From: an uncultured Fimbriimonadaceae bacterium
Lineage (GTDB): Bacteria > Armatimonadota > Fimbriimonadia > Fimbriimonadales > Fimbriimonadaceae
Direction: 5' to 3'
DNA length: 64,000 nt
Assembly (NCBI GenBank): GCA_964529975.1
Contig: CAZGXW010000001.1
Span: 33,705 to 97,704, forward strand
Shown here: positions 56,643 through 64,000 of the stretch, piece after piece
Layout: every line of letters starts with the position of its first letter
Numbering within the stretch: position 1 is the stretch's first letter
Notes under the pieces: model-generated
The model's input: the letters and a program-made list of their open reading frames with translations, nothing else
Told to the model about the DNA's origin: nothing
Database searches by the model: none
Translations under genes and position numbers: made by a program

Positions 56643-58747
56643 TCCGTGCCCGTCCTGTACTCGTCGAGATAGAGGCCCATCAACTCCGGATCGATAGGCT
56701 TGATCTTGAGTTTGCCGAGTGGCGAACTAGTGGCAAACCAGTAGTTCTCGTTCGCCATGTCTGCGAAGCCTGGGTCGACCATCCCCACCGAGTTCCGATA
56801 GTAGAACACTGGGTATGCGCTGGACTTCGTGGAGACTTTCAAGTTGTCCCACACAACGAGCATCGACCCGTCTCCCACGTCAACATTGTTCGTGATGTAG
56901 TTCCGCTTTGGCGTCTCTGGCTTGTCCTTGAGGAAGTTCGGCAGTTTCGAATACTGCTTCTTCCAGATCGAGCCTTTGTACGGAACTTCCGCAAGCATCG
57001 CCGGGACGTTCCACGCGGACATGAAGTCGCTCGCCCATGAAAGGCCACGGCCATCGACATGAACGGCGTCGTCCGTATCGAAGAAATAGTTGTTGACGAC
57101 CTTGTTGTCCCTTCCGCCACCGACGATCGTGCCGATCTGGACGTCCTTGAACAGGTTCATGGAGACCTCTGTTCCCTGCGCCATATCGTCGAGGTAGACA
57201 CCGGCCACGAAGTTTGAATAGTCGCCGTCGATCCGGGTCCGTAGGTCTGAGAAGCGGTTGTACCAAACCTTGTTGCCGTGGAACGTCACGTTCCGACCGA
57301 TGTAGATCGCCCCGGAGTCGTTCGTCTCCAAGCACACGCGATTGAATTCGGTGAACTCGACGATGTTGTTGTTGCCGTGCAGGATCACGCCAGAGTGGGG
57401 CGCGTCCTCAATCTTGCATCGAGAGACACGATGGCCGACTCCCCAGAGGTCGATTGCAGGCTTGTAGCTTTTGCTTTGTCGGCCAAAGTCGCGGAAGTGG
57501 CAGTTCTCGACTAGGAACCCAGATCGCTTCAAAGTTAGCCGATCTCCACCAAACATCGTGACGCCGCCCTCTCCAAGCTCGTAAAAGTCGCACGAGAGGA
57601 TCGTGTGGTCGATGCCGCTTCCAACCACCACCGCCGTATAGTCGAACCTTCGGAACGTACAGCCCTTGAAGGCGACGCGTGCGCCATAACGTACCCACGC
57701 GCCGCTACCGCGGCCGTTTTGAAACGTGATGTTCTCAAAGGTCACATCGCTCGCGTCGTATGTCTCTACAAGCGCTGAAGGAACGCTTGTCAGCGACGTT
57801 CCTGCATTCAGGCTCGCGATCTTCTGCGCGTCGCTGGCGCCCTCCAAAGGAACGTAGAAATAGACGATCGAGGTCGTGCGGTCGATGAAGAACTCACCGG
57901 GAGAGTCGATGGCTTCGAGGGCGTTCACGAGCACATAGCGCTTGTTCCCCTTGAGGCCGAGTTCCGGCGATTCCGCGAGTCGGACGACTCCTGCGACCGG
58001 GTCGAAGGACTCGACTTGCTCATAGGTGTCGGACCAGTCCCACGAAAAGAAACCGTAGGCCCAAATGTCGCCCGTGTTCTGCCAAGACATCGGAGTGCTA
58101 TCGGAGGTTTGGATATCGCGCGTGGCCAGGTCGCCGTTCGTCCGCGTCAATGCCCAGCCTTCGTTCGGATGCCTGGATAGCGTCATCGTCGCGCCGTTGA
58201 AAACTAGCGTCGACCATGTTTGGGTCGTCTCATACGGGAACCCGCGCCTGTTCAGGTACCCGACGTCCATCGGTTGCGTCTGTCCCGGCTGTCCCTCGAC
58301 GGGCACTCGCGGCAAGTTCGCCTCGAACACCTTGTCTCGCACCTCAGGCTTCAGTCGCCCTGCCGCACCGCCGGTCGCCTTTTGCCACCCTATAACGCGC
58401 AGCGACCCATCGAAGTAGACCTCCTTGCTCTCTCCCCGAAACACCAAGGGAACGCCAAAGGCGCCGTTGTCCGGCGAGATGAACTTAAGGGTTCGGTCCA
58501 TGGGATAAGTCCCGTTCGCGAACTGGACGACGAACTGCCCTGTCGCACCGTTCAGCCTCATCGCGCGGACTCTTTCGAGCGCGCCGTAAGGCGACCGAAG
58601 CGGTGCTTCCGCAGTGCCAGCCGCTTCGTCATCGCCACTCGGCGAGACGTAGACCGTGTTGACGGCCTGGGCAGAGCCCAGGCTGGCTAGAAACAAACCA
58701 AATGCTGCGAGTATCGGGCGAAAGACCATGCTGCGGACAGACTCCAC
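56639..58747 (-). CDS. secreted right-handed parallel beta-helix repeat protein (possible polysaccharide lyase or hydrolase)
   Basis: Signal peptide ...FGLFLASLGSAQA, YVSPSGDD...GT...PL start and repeated beta-helix turn motifs (NITFQNG, GCTFRRF, ILSCDFY, VENCHFRDF, VSRCKIED, NNIVEF). Confidence 0.7.
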   Translation of the reverse strand: MESVRSMVFRPILAAFGLFLASLGSAQAVNTVYVSPSGDDEAAGTAEAPLRSPYGALERVRAMRLNGATGQFVVQFANGTYPMDRTLKFISPDNGAFGVPLVFRGESKEVYFDGSLRVIGWQKATGGAAGRLKPEVRDKVFEANLPRVPVEGQPGQTQPMDVGYLNRRGFPYETTQTWSTLVFNGATMTLSRHPNEGWALTRTNGDLATRDIQTSDSTPMSWQNTGDIWAYGFFSWDWSDTYEQVESFDPVAGVVRLAESPELGLKGNKRYVLVNALEAIDSPGEFFIDRTTSIVYFYVPLEGASDAQKIASLNAGTSLTSVPSALVETYDASDVTFENITFQNGRGSGAWVRYGARVAFKGCTFRRFDYTAVVVGSGIDHTILSCDFYELGEGGVTMFGGDRLTLKRSGFLVENCHFRDFGRQSKSYKPAIDLWGVGHRVSRCKIEDAPHSGVILHGNNNIVEFTEFNRVCLETNDSGAIYIGRNVTFHGNKVWYNRFSDLRTRIDGDYSNFVAGVYLDDMAQGTEVSMNLFKDVQIGTIVGGGRDNKVVNNYFFDTDDAVHVDGRGLSWASDFMSAWNVPAMLAEVPYKGSIWKKQYSKLPNFLKDKPETPKRNYITNNVDVGDGSMLVVWDNLKVSTKSSAYPVFYYRNSVGMVDPGFADMANENYWFATSSPLGKLKIKPIDPELMGLYLDEYRTGTD

Positions 58748-58929
58748 ACGATTTGCGTTCCATGCGAGCGTGCCAATCGAGCCGGTATCTCTCTCGGCGG
58801 GTGGAACTGCTTGCCAGCAAGTGCGCGGTGGTTCTCAGGTTCAGTTTTCGACCGCCTCACGTTTGTTTGCTGGGTGGAAAAACCGTACGCGTTCGGGGGA
58901 CTTTTTCTAGGCTCAAGTAGACTCGACCA

Positions 58930-59787
58930 ATGCAGAGCGGTGGGGCGTCGGTCGTCGCGATCGTGCCGACGTATAACGAGCCCGAAGAACTTGCTAGGGT
59001 CGTACGCTCGCTTCTAGACCAGGCCATAAGTGGCCTACGAATCCTTGTGATCAACGCTGGCGACGCGCTTCCAGAGTCTCTCTCACGGCAAGTCGAAGAG
59101 GTGCGTGTCGACAAGGACCACTACTGGACCCACTGTATCGCCAAAGGCCTCGAAATCGCTCAAGCGGAGCCCTACGATTTCGTGTATCTGACCAACGCCG
59201 ACACGTATGCGATGGAGGGCACCCTTGGATCCATGATCGCACACATGAGTGCGAACCCGAAGACGATCGCGTGCGCCCCGGCCTACATCGAGGACGGCGA
59301 TGTGCACTTGCTCTATGCGTACCAAGACCCCATGGGATTCTTGCTCTATGGACGATTGATCAGGCCTTGGACCAATCCCGGTGAAGCGCCGACCAGCCCG
59401 ATCAGGATCGCGCTTACTGGAGGACAGGGTGTACTATTTCCTGTCGCATTGTTGCAGGAAGTGAAAGTTGATGCAAAAAACTTCCCGCACTACGCAAGCG
59501 ACCACGACCTGTGGCTCCAGGCCGGGAAGGCCGGATGGAAACTGGAACTCCTTCCACGGACAGGAGTCGTCAACTTACGGACATTGAGTGCCAATCGCGC
59601 GCGCGGGCTTGCCCGCCTAAAAAAGCTTCTGTGGAGAATGACTTCGGAACTCACACCTGAGAGTTGGCGAATCATGTGGCGACTCCGCCGAAAGCACCTC
59701 TCTCTTCCCGTTGCGATCGTCTCGACTGTGGTCAGTTTCCTGATGAGGTGGACGATCGGTTTTCCAAAGATCCTGAGGCGCACTTGA
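58930..59787 (+). CDS. glycosyltransferase family 2
   Basis: VVAIVPTYNEPEELARVVRSLLDQ, LTNADT. Confidence 0.75.
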   Translation: MQSGGASVVAIVPTYNEPEELARVVRSLLDQAISGLRILVINAGDALPESLSRQVEEVRVDKDHYWTHCIAKGLEIAQAEPYDFVYLTNADTYAMEGTLGSMIAHMSANPKTIACAPAYIEDGDVHLLYAYQDPMGFLLYGRLIRPWTNPGEAPTSPIRIALTGGQGVLFPVALLQEVKVDAKNFPHYASDHDLWLQAGKAGWKLELLPRTGVVNLRTLSANRARGLARLKKLLWRMTSELTPESWRIMWRLRRKHLSLPVAIVSTVVSFLMRWTIGFPKILRRT

Positions 59788-60541
59788 TGTCGCTCGACCG
59801 CGTTATGAGCGCGCGCCAGAGGAACACGGGGTTTCCAACTACGTACCTCCGCCACATCCTCTTTGGCTCGATGGCGAGCCTGTAGGCCCACTCGAGCCCG
59901 ACCCTCCTCATTGCCAGTGGCGCCCGCGTCTTTGCTCCGCTAAAGAAGTCGAACATGCCACCGCAAGTGACTGCGACCCGGACGTTGAACGCTGCGAGGT
60001 TCTCCGCCATGAAGAACTCTTGCTTGGGCTGGCCCAACGCGCACATCAGTACGTCGGCGCGGGACTCTGCAATCAAAGGGAGGGCCTCCTTGACAGGGTC
60101 TACGAAGCCATTGATCCTGCCCGCACACTCGACCCTCGGGTGGCTGGCGCACACCTTCTCGACTGCGAGCCTGTTGCTCTCTTCGGTAGCGCCGTAGAAG
60201 AACACGCGGATGCCGCGGTGCGCCTCAGCAAACAGCCGTGGCATCAAGTCCGTTCCGGCGAAGTTGTACTTCGTCTCGACCCCGCGCATCCGGCTGGCCA
60301 TTCTGATCCCAACGCCATCGTTCACGCAGACGTCGCTCATCTTCAGGATCGACATGAACTCGTCGTTCTTGTAAGCGATGTTCAAGGTGTTCGGATTAGC
60401 GAGTTCGAGCAGCCTTGCCGACGGAGCGTTGTCAAGGGTCCAGTCCCACCAAGCCTTGAACTCCTCATAGGTGGGGTTCCAAAACGGCACGGAAAACACG
60501 CAGTAGTCGGCCTTCGGCCGTGGTGCGTCAGTAGGCGCCAT
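59732..60541 (-). CDS. WecB/TagA/CpsF family glycosyltransferase (GT26)
   Basis: VNDGVGI, RVFFYGATEE, LMCALGQPKQEFF, TCGGMFDFFSG...RAP, GLEWAYRL..EPKRMWRRY. Confidence 0.85.
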   Translation of the reverse strand: MAPTDAPRPKADYCVFSVPFWNPTYEEFKAWWDWTLDNAPSARLLELANPNTLNIAYKNDEFMSILKMSDVCVNDGVGIRMASRMRGVETKYNFAGTDLMPRLFAEAHRGIRVFFYGATEESNRLAVEKVCASHPRVECAGRINGFVDPVKEALPLIAESRADVLMCALGQPKQEFFMAENLAAFNVRVAVTCGGMFDFFSGAKTRAPLAMRRVGLEWAYRLAIEPKRMWRRYVVGNPVFLWRALITRSSDIKCASGSLENRSSTSSGN

Positions 60542-61205
60542 CGCCCTTCAAGACGGCTGCCGGAGTCTTGAGGAGTATCTTCAAGTCCGTCCAGACGGAC
60601 ATTTCCTCCAAGTACTTGTGGTCAAGCTCCATCCATTCTTCGAACGTGAGGTTGCTGCGTCCCATGATTTGCCAATAGCACGTCATTCCTGGGCGGACAC
60701 TGAGCCGCTCCATGGCATAGTCGTCGTACTTCTCGACTTCGTGTGGGAGCGGTGGGCGGGGCCCAACCAGGCTCATGTCGCCTCGAAACACGTTGAACAA
60801 CTGAGGCAACTCGTCAAGGCTGGTCTTCCTCAAGAACCTGCCGAGCCGGGTGATTCGCGGATCGTCGTGCATCTTAAAGATTGGACCGTCCTTCTCGTTG
60901 CGGTCCATGACTTCCTTCAGCCGCTTGTCGGCGTCTTGGTACATGGATCGGAACTTGTAGAACTCAAAAATGCGACCCATGCGACCGACCCGCTTGCTCG
61001 TGTAGAAGACAGGGCCTGAGCTCGTGACCTTGACGAGCAACATGGTCAACAACATTACGGGGGAAAGGACCACGAGCAAGAAAAGAGAGCCAAAGATGTC
61101 GAGCAAGCGCTTGCGCTTCCGATAGGTGATCACCTTCGGGGCGATTTGACGCCTGACTCTCTCCTCCACGGCGCTTCGCTCGGCTATCGCGTTTGTGCTC
61201 GACAT
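60528..61205 (-). CDS. polyprenyl-phosphate sugar-1-phosphate transferase (small bacterial sugar transferase, initiating enzyme)
   Basis: KRLLDIFGSLFLLVVLSPVML, YKFRSM, DELPQLFNVFRGDMSLVGPRP. Start at ATG 61205. Confidence 0.88.
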   Translation of the reverse strand: MSSTNAIAERSAVEERVRRQIAPKVITYRKRKRLLDIFGSLFLLVVLSPVMLLTMLLVKVTSSGPVFYTSKRVGRMGRIFEFYKFRSMYQDADKRLKEVMDRNEKDGPIFKMHDDPRITRLGRFLRKTSLDELPQLFNVFRGDMSLVGPRPPLPHEVEKYDDYAMERLSVRPGMTCYWQIMGRSNLTFEEWMELDHKYLEEMSVWTDLKILLKTPAAVLKGDGAY

Positions 61206-61356
61206 GTCGTCCGGTCCGACCTGGCCCCAGCCCATTGACCGCGCACAGGCTCCCCTGGGTTCATTCTATCACGGGCTTCGGCTCGAACCTGGTTCCGATA
61301 AGCACAAGGTTCGGGCCAAAACCCCCACAGGCCCAGTGCCCAGCAACTGTGCCTGC

Positions 61357-63186
61357 CTATTCGACCGTCACAGACTTCGCAAGGTTCCTCGGCTGGTCGA
61401 TTTCACACCCGCGGGCCTTGGCGACGTAGTAGGCGAACAGCTGCATCGGCACGATCGTCAACAAGGCATTAAGATATGCGTGGCCTGTTTGCGGGACCTT
61501 GACGACCGTGTCGGCGACGGCCTCTAACGTCACGTCGTCCGATGTCGTGATGGCTATGGCGTGACCGCCGCGAGCCTGGATCTCTTTGATGTTGCTGGCC
61601 AGTTTCTCTCGGACGTCGGCGTCAGTGGCTCCAAACACAGCCGGCACTCCAGGCTCGACGAGCGCAAGCGGACCATGCTTCATCTCCCCTGCGGGGCACT
61701 CTTGCGTCGGGATGTACGCGATCTCTTTCAGTTTCAGCGCGCCTTCCAACGACAAGTAGGCGTCCGCCCCTCGTCCAAGGAAGAACACGAGCCGCGCGTC
61801 CTTGAACTGTCCGGCGAGCTCCTTGATTCTCTCTTCGTCCTTCATCGCGTCCTGGAGATACTCTCCGAACTTTCTCAAAGTACCGACCGTCTCCTTGACT
61901 CTGACGCCCGGCATTTCTCGAACCTGCGCGATGTACAATGCCAACAAGAACAAGGTCAGAGCCTGCGCCGTGTACGCCTTGGTGCTGGCGACGGAGATCT
62001 CTGGCCCGGCCTGCGTGAACAACACACGGTCGCATTCGCGGGCGATGCTCGATCCCACGACGTTGACGATCCCCAGCGTCCGAATGCGCCGTGCCTTGCA
62101 CAGACGGAGCGCCGCAAGCGAATCAGCGGTCTCTCCGCTCTGGCTCACAAAGATGGCAATGGACTTGGGCGAGAGCACTGGGTCGCCATAGCGAAACTCG
62201 CTCGAGAAGAACACGTCGGTGGGCAACCGGAGCATCCGCTCGAACACGAACTTCGCCATCAGGCCGGCGTGATAGGCCGTGCCGCACGCGATCACATTGA
62301 CCCGGTCGATGTCCTGAAGGACGACATCGCTGAACACTTGGTCGAGAGTCACGCGGTCGTCGACAGTCAGGCGTCCGGCCAAGCACTGATGCACCACGTC
62401 GGGCTGCTCATGGATCTCCTTCAGCATGAAGTGCTCGTAGCCGCCCTTTTCTGCCGATTCGATGTCCCAGTCTGCGACGAACGGCTTGAACTCGACACTT
62501 CCACCATTCAAATCGGTGACTTGAAGTCCGCTTGGCTGCAATACCGCGATCTGGCCGCTCTCTAGAACAACGATGTTCCGCGTGTAGGGCAGCAACGCTG
62601 GAATGTCGCTAGCAAGGAGAGTCTCGCCTTCTCCCAGGCCGATCACGAGCGGGCTCGCCGCCCGCACGGCGACGATCTTGTCTGGTTCGTCTGCGCTCAA
62701 AACAACAAAGGCGTATGCCCCTCGCATCTGTCGGACCGCCCTTCGCACGGCTTCTTCGAGCCGTACACCGGCGTCGTACTCCTTTCCGATCAAGTGTGCG
62801 GCGACCTCGGTGTCTGTCTCGCTCTGAAAGACGTGGCCCTCGCGGACTAGCGCTTCCTTGATCTCCAGATAGTTCTCGATGATCCCGTTGTGGATCAGGG
62901 CGACGCGCCCGGACTGGTCGGAGTGGGGATGGGCGTTGAGGTCGGTCGGGGCACCGTGGGTCGCCCAACGCGAGTGTGCGATCGCCAGATGCGAGACGGG
63001 CACCCCAGCGCCGAACTGTGCCGAGAGTTCGGTCAGTTTCCCCGCCCGTTTGACCGTCTTCAGCGCCTTGCCGTTGCGGTATGCGACCCCGGCGCTGTCA
63101 TAGCCCCGGTACTCCAATCGCTTAAGTTGATCGAGGACGACCTCGACCGCGTTCCTTGGCCCGACGTAACCAGCAATGCCGCACAC
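61357..63186 (-). CDS. glmS: glutamine--fructose-6-phosphate aminotransferase
   Basis: (M)CGIAGYVG N-terminal nucleophile, SIS domains, C-terminal LAKSVTVE. GTG start at 63186. Confidence 0.95.
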   Translation of the reverse strand: MCGIAGYVGPRNAVEVVLDQLKRLEYRGYDSAGVAYRNGKALKTVKRAGKLTELSAQFGAGVPVSHLAIAHSRWATHGAPTDLNAHPHSDQSGRVALIHNGIIENYLEIKEALVREGHVFQSETDTEVAAHLIGKEYDAGVRLEEAVRRAVRQMRGAYAFVVLSADEPDKIVAVRAASPLVIGLGEGETLLASDIPALLPYTRNIVVLESGQIAVLQPSGLQVTDLNGGSVEFKPFVADWDIESAEKGGYEHFMLKEIHEQPDVVHQCLAGRLTVDDRVTLDQVFSDVVLQDIDRVNVIACGTAYHAGLMAKFVFERMLRLPTDVFFSSEFRYGDPVLSPKSIAIFVSQSGETADSLAALRLCKARRIRTLGIVNVVGSSIARECDRVLFTQAGPEISVASTKAYTAQALTLFLLALYIAQVREMPGVRVKETVGTLRKFGEYLQDAMKDEERIKELAGQFKDARLVFFLGRGADAYLSLEGALKLKEIAYIPTQECPAGEMKHGPLALVEPGVPAVFGATDADVREKLASNIKEIQARGGHAIAITTSDDVTLEAVADTVVKVPQTGHAYLNALLTIVPMQLFAYYVAKARGCEIDQPRNLAKSVTVE

Positions 63187-63282
63187 AGTGGGATTTTGGC
63201 ATGGGTCTGGCCAGCCCACCTAGAAACGGGTCGTAACGCCCGAACCCTCAGGCCGCCGCTCCAGATACAATCCAGACGACCA

Positions 63283-64000
63283 GTGAGCCTAATTCCAACG
63301 ATTCGACTGCTCCGCCCCAAGCAGTGGACCAAGAACCTCCTGGTCTTCGCCGCGCTGATCTTTGCTCACGAGTACACAGACGTGAACAAGGTGATCCTCG
63401 CGCTGATCGCGTTCGCAGCTCTCTGCTTCTTCAGCAGCAGCGTGTATGCGATGAACGACGTCTTCGATGCCGAGAGGGACAGGGCGCACCCGAAGAAGAT
63501 GCACCGACCGATCGCAAGTGGCGACTTGTCGCCCGCGTCCGGCTCCATGATCGCAGTCGTCGCGCTGATCGCAGGAACGCTCCTGGCGGCGTTTGTGTCG
63601 CCCTCGTTTCTCGCCGGCGTGTTCGGATACCTCGTCCTTCAACTCTTCTACAACCTCTGGCTGAAGCACGTGCCCGTCGTCGATGTCATGGTGGTTGCCA
63701 CTGGATTCGTCATGCGGGCTGCGCTTGGTGCCATAGCGATCGACGCCCACATCTCAGGGTGGCTCCTCTTCTGTACCGGGATGCTCGCACTTCTCCTTGG
63801 CACAGCGAAACGCCGACACGAGTTCCACTTGCAAGGAGACGAGCGCGGGGCGAGCCGCGCCGCCCTACTCGGTTACACAGGCCCTTCGCTCGATGCGATG
63901 GTCGTGTTCTCTGCTGGGGTCGCGGCGATAGCCTACGGTGTGTACGCCATCGAGAGCGACACCGCGCGCACTTACCCGTCGCTCATTGTAACGGTGCCGT
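63283..64000 (+). CDS. UbiA-family polyprenyl-phosphate phosphoribosyltransferase-like protein (DPPR synthase-like), 3' end outside the window
   Basis: My own translation from GTG 63283: VSLIPTIRLLRPKQWTKNLLVFAALIFA...YAMNDVFDAERDRAHPKKMHRPIASG (NDxxDxxxD motif), then several TM segments. The frame is open to base 64000, and the ORF is absent from the track because no stop codon falls inside the window. Confidence 0.75.
   Translation, partial: MSLIPTIRLLRPKQWTKNLLVFAALIFAHEYTDVNKVILALIAFAALCFFSSSVYAMNDVFDAERDRAHPKKMHRPIASGDLSPASGSMIAVVALIAGTLLAAFVSPSFLAGVFGYLVLQLFYNLWLKHVPVVDVMVVATGFVMRAALGAIAIDAHISGWLLFCTGMLALLLGTAKRRHEFHLQGDERGASRAALLGYTGPSLDAMVVFSAGVAAIAYGVYAIESDTARTYPSLIVTVP

Noticed and set aside
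63187-63282. Looked for a glmS ribozyme in the leader of glmS
   Set aside because: Only about 96 nt separate glmS from the divergent UbiA-like gene. I see none of the conserved glmS ribozyme core sequence or pseudoknot organisation. A covariance-model scan (RF00234) would settle it.

Overview
High-GC (roughly 60% by eye, not computed), gene-dense bacterial chromosomal segment. All family calls come from reading motifs in the supplied translations; no searches were run. I call about 62 CDS, one tRNA-Arg(CCG) and one SRP RNA.

Layout:
- 1-11.1 kb, minus strand: housekeeping genes purD, recR, ybaB, dnaX and the SRP RNA, then an ABC-2 exporter operon and trpD-trpC-trpF.
- 11.1-17.9 kb, plus strand: NADH dehydrogenase genes nuoA and nuoC, then a 2.5 kb insert, then nuoD, nuoE, nuoF and tRNA-Arg. 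nuoB is missing.
- 12.4-21.4 kb: four prepilin-type (DUF1559/H-X9-DG-like) genes. Two form a tandem pair with about 0.8 kb of identical DNA. Three are followed by a tiny Pro/Gly-rich lipoprotein gene. Two small pilin-like genes lie on the opposite strand.
- 21.5-40.1 kb: thrS, a MATE efflux gene, folP, lysC with a stand-alone ACT protein, an aldo/keto reductase and a GT-C membrane protein. These are followed by an overlapping operon nth-glnE-plsY-lptF/G-lptD-like.
- 40.1-64 kb: a roughly 24 kb surface-polysaccharide locus. It holds manC, gmhB, gmd, fcl, exosortase plus EpsI, Wzx, Wzy, a PCP with a degenerate kinase domain, and seven soluble-type glycosyltransferases plus a GT-C membrane protein. 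It also holds the priming sugar transferase, a secreted beta-helix protein, glmS and a UbiA-family phosphoribosyltransferase cut by the window edge.

The abundance of [11 protein letters not shown] prepilin-like proteins plus an exosortase suggests an Armatimonadota-, Planctomycetota- or Verrucomicrobiota-like organism (inference). I found no CRISPR array, transposase, integrase, prophage or recognisable defence system.

The most unusual signals are the repeated pilin-like/lipoprotein modules that split the nuo cluster, and the exosortase-linked polysaccharide locus with a pseudo-kinase co-polymerase. I cannot show that any of this is a new system. The many long antisense ORFs in the track are high-GC shadow ORFs.
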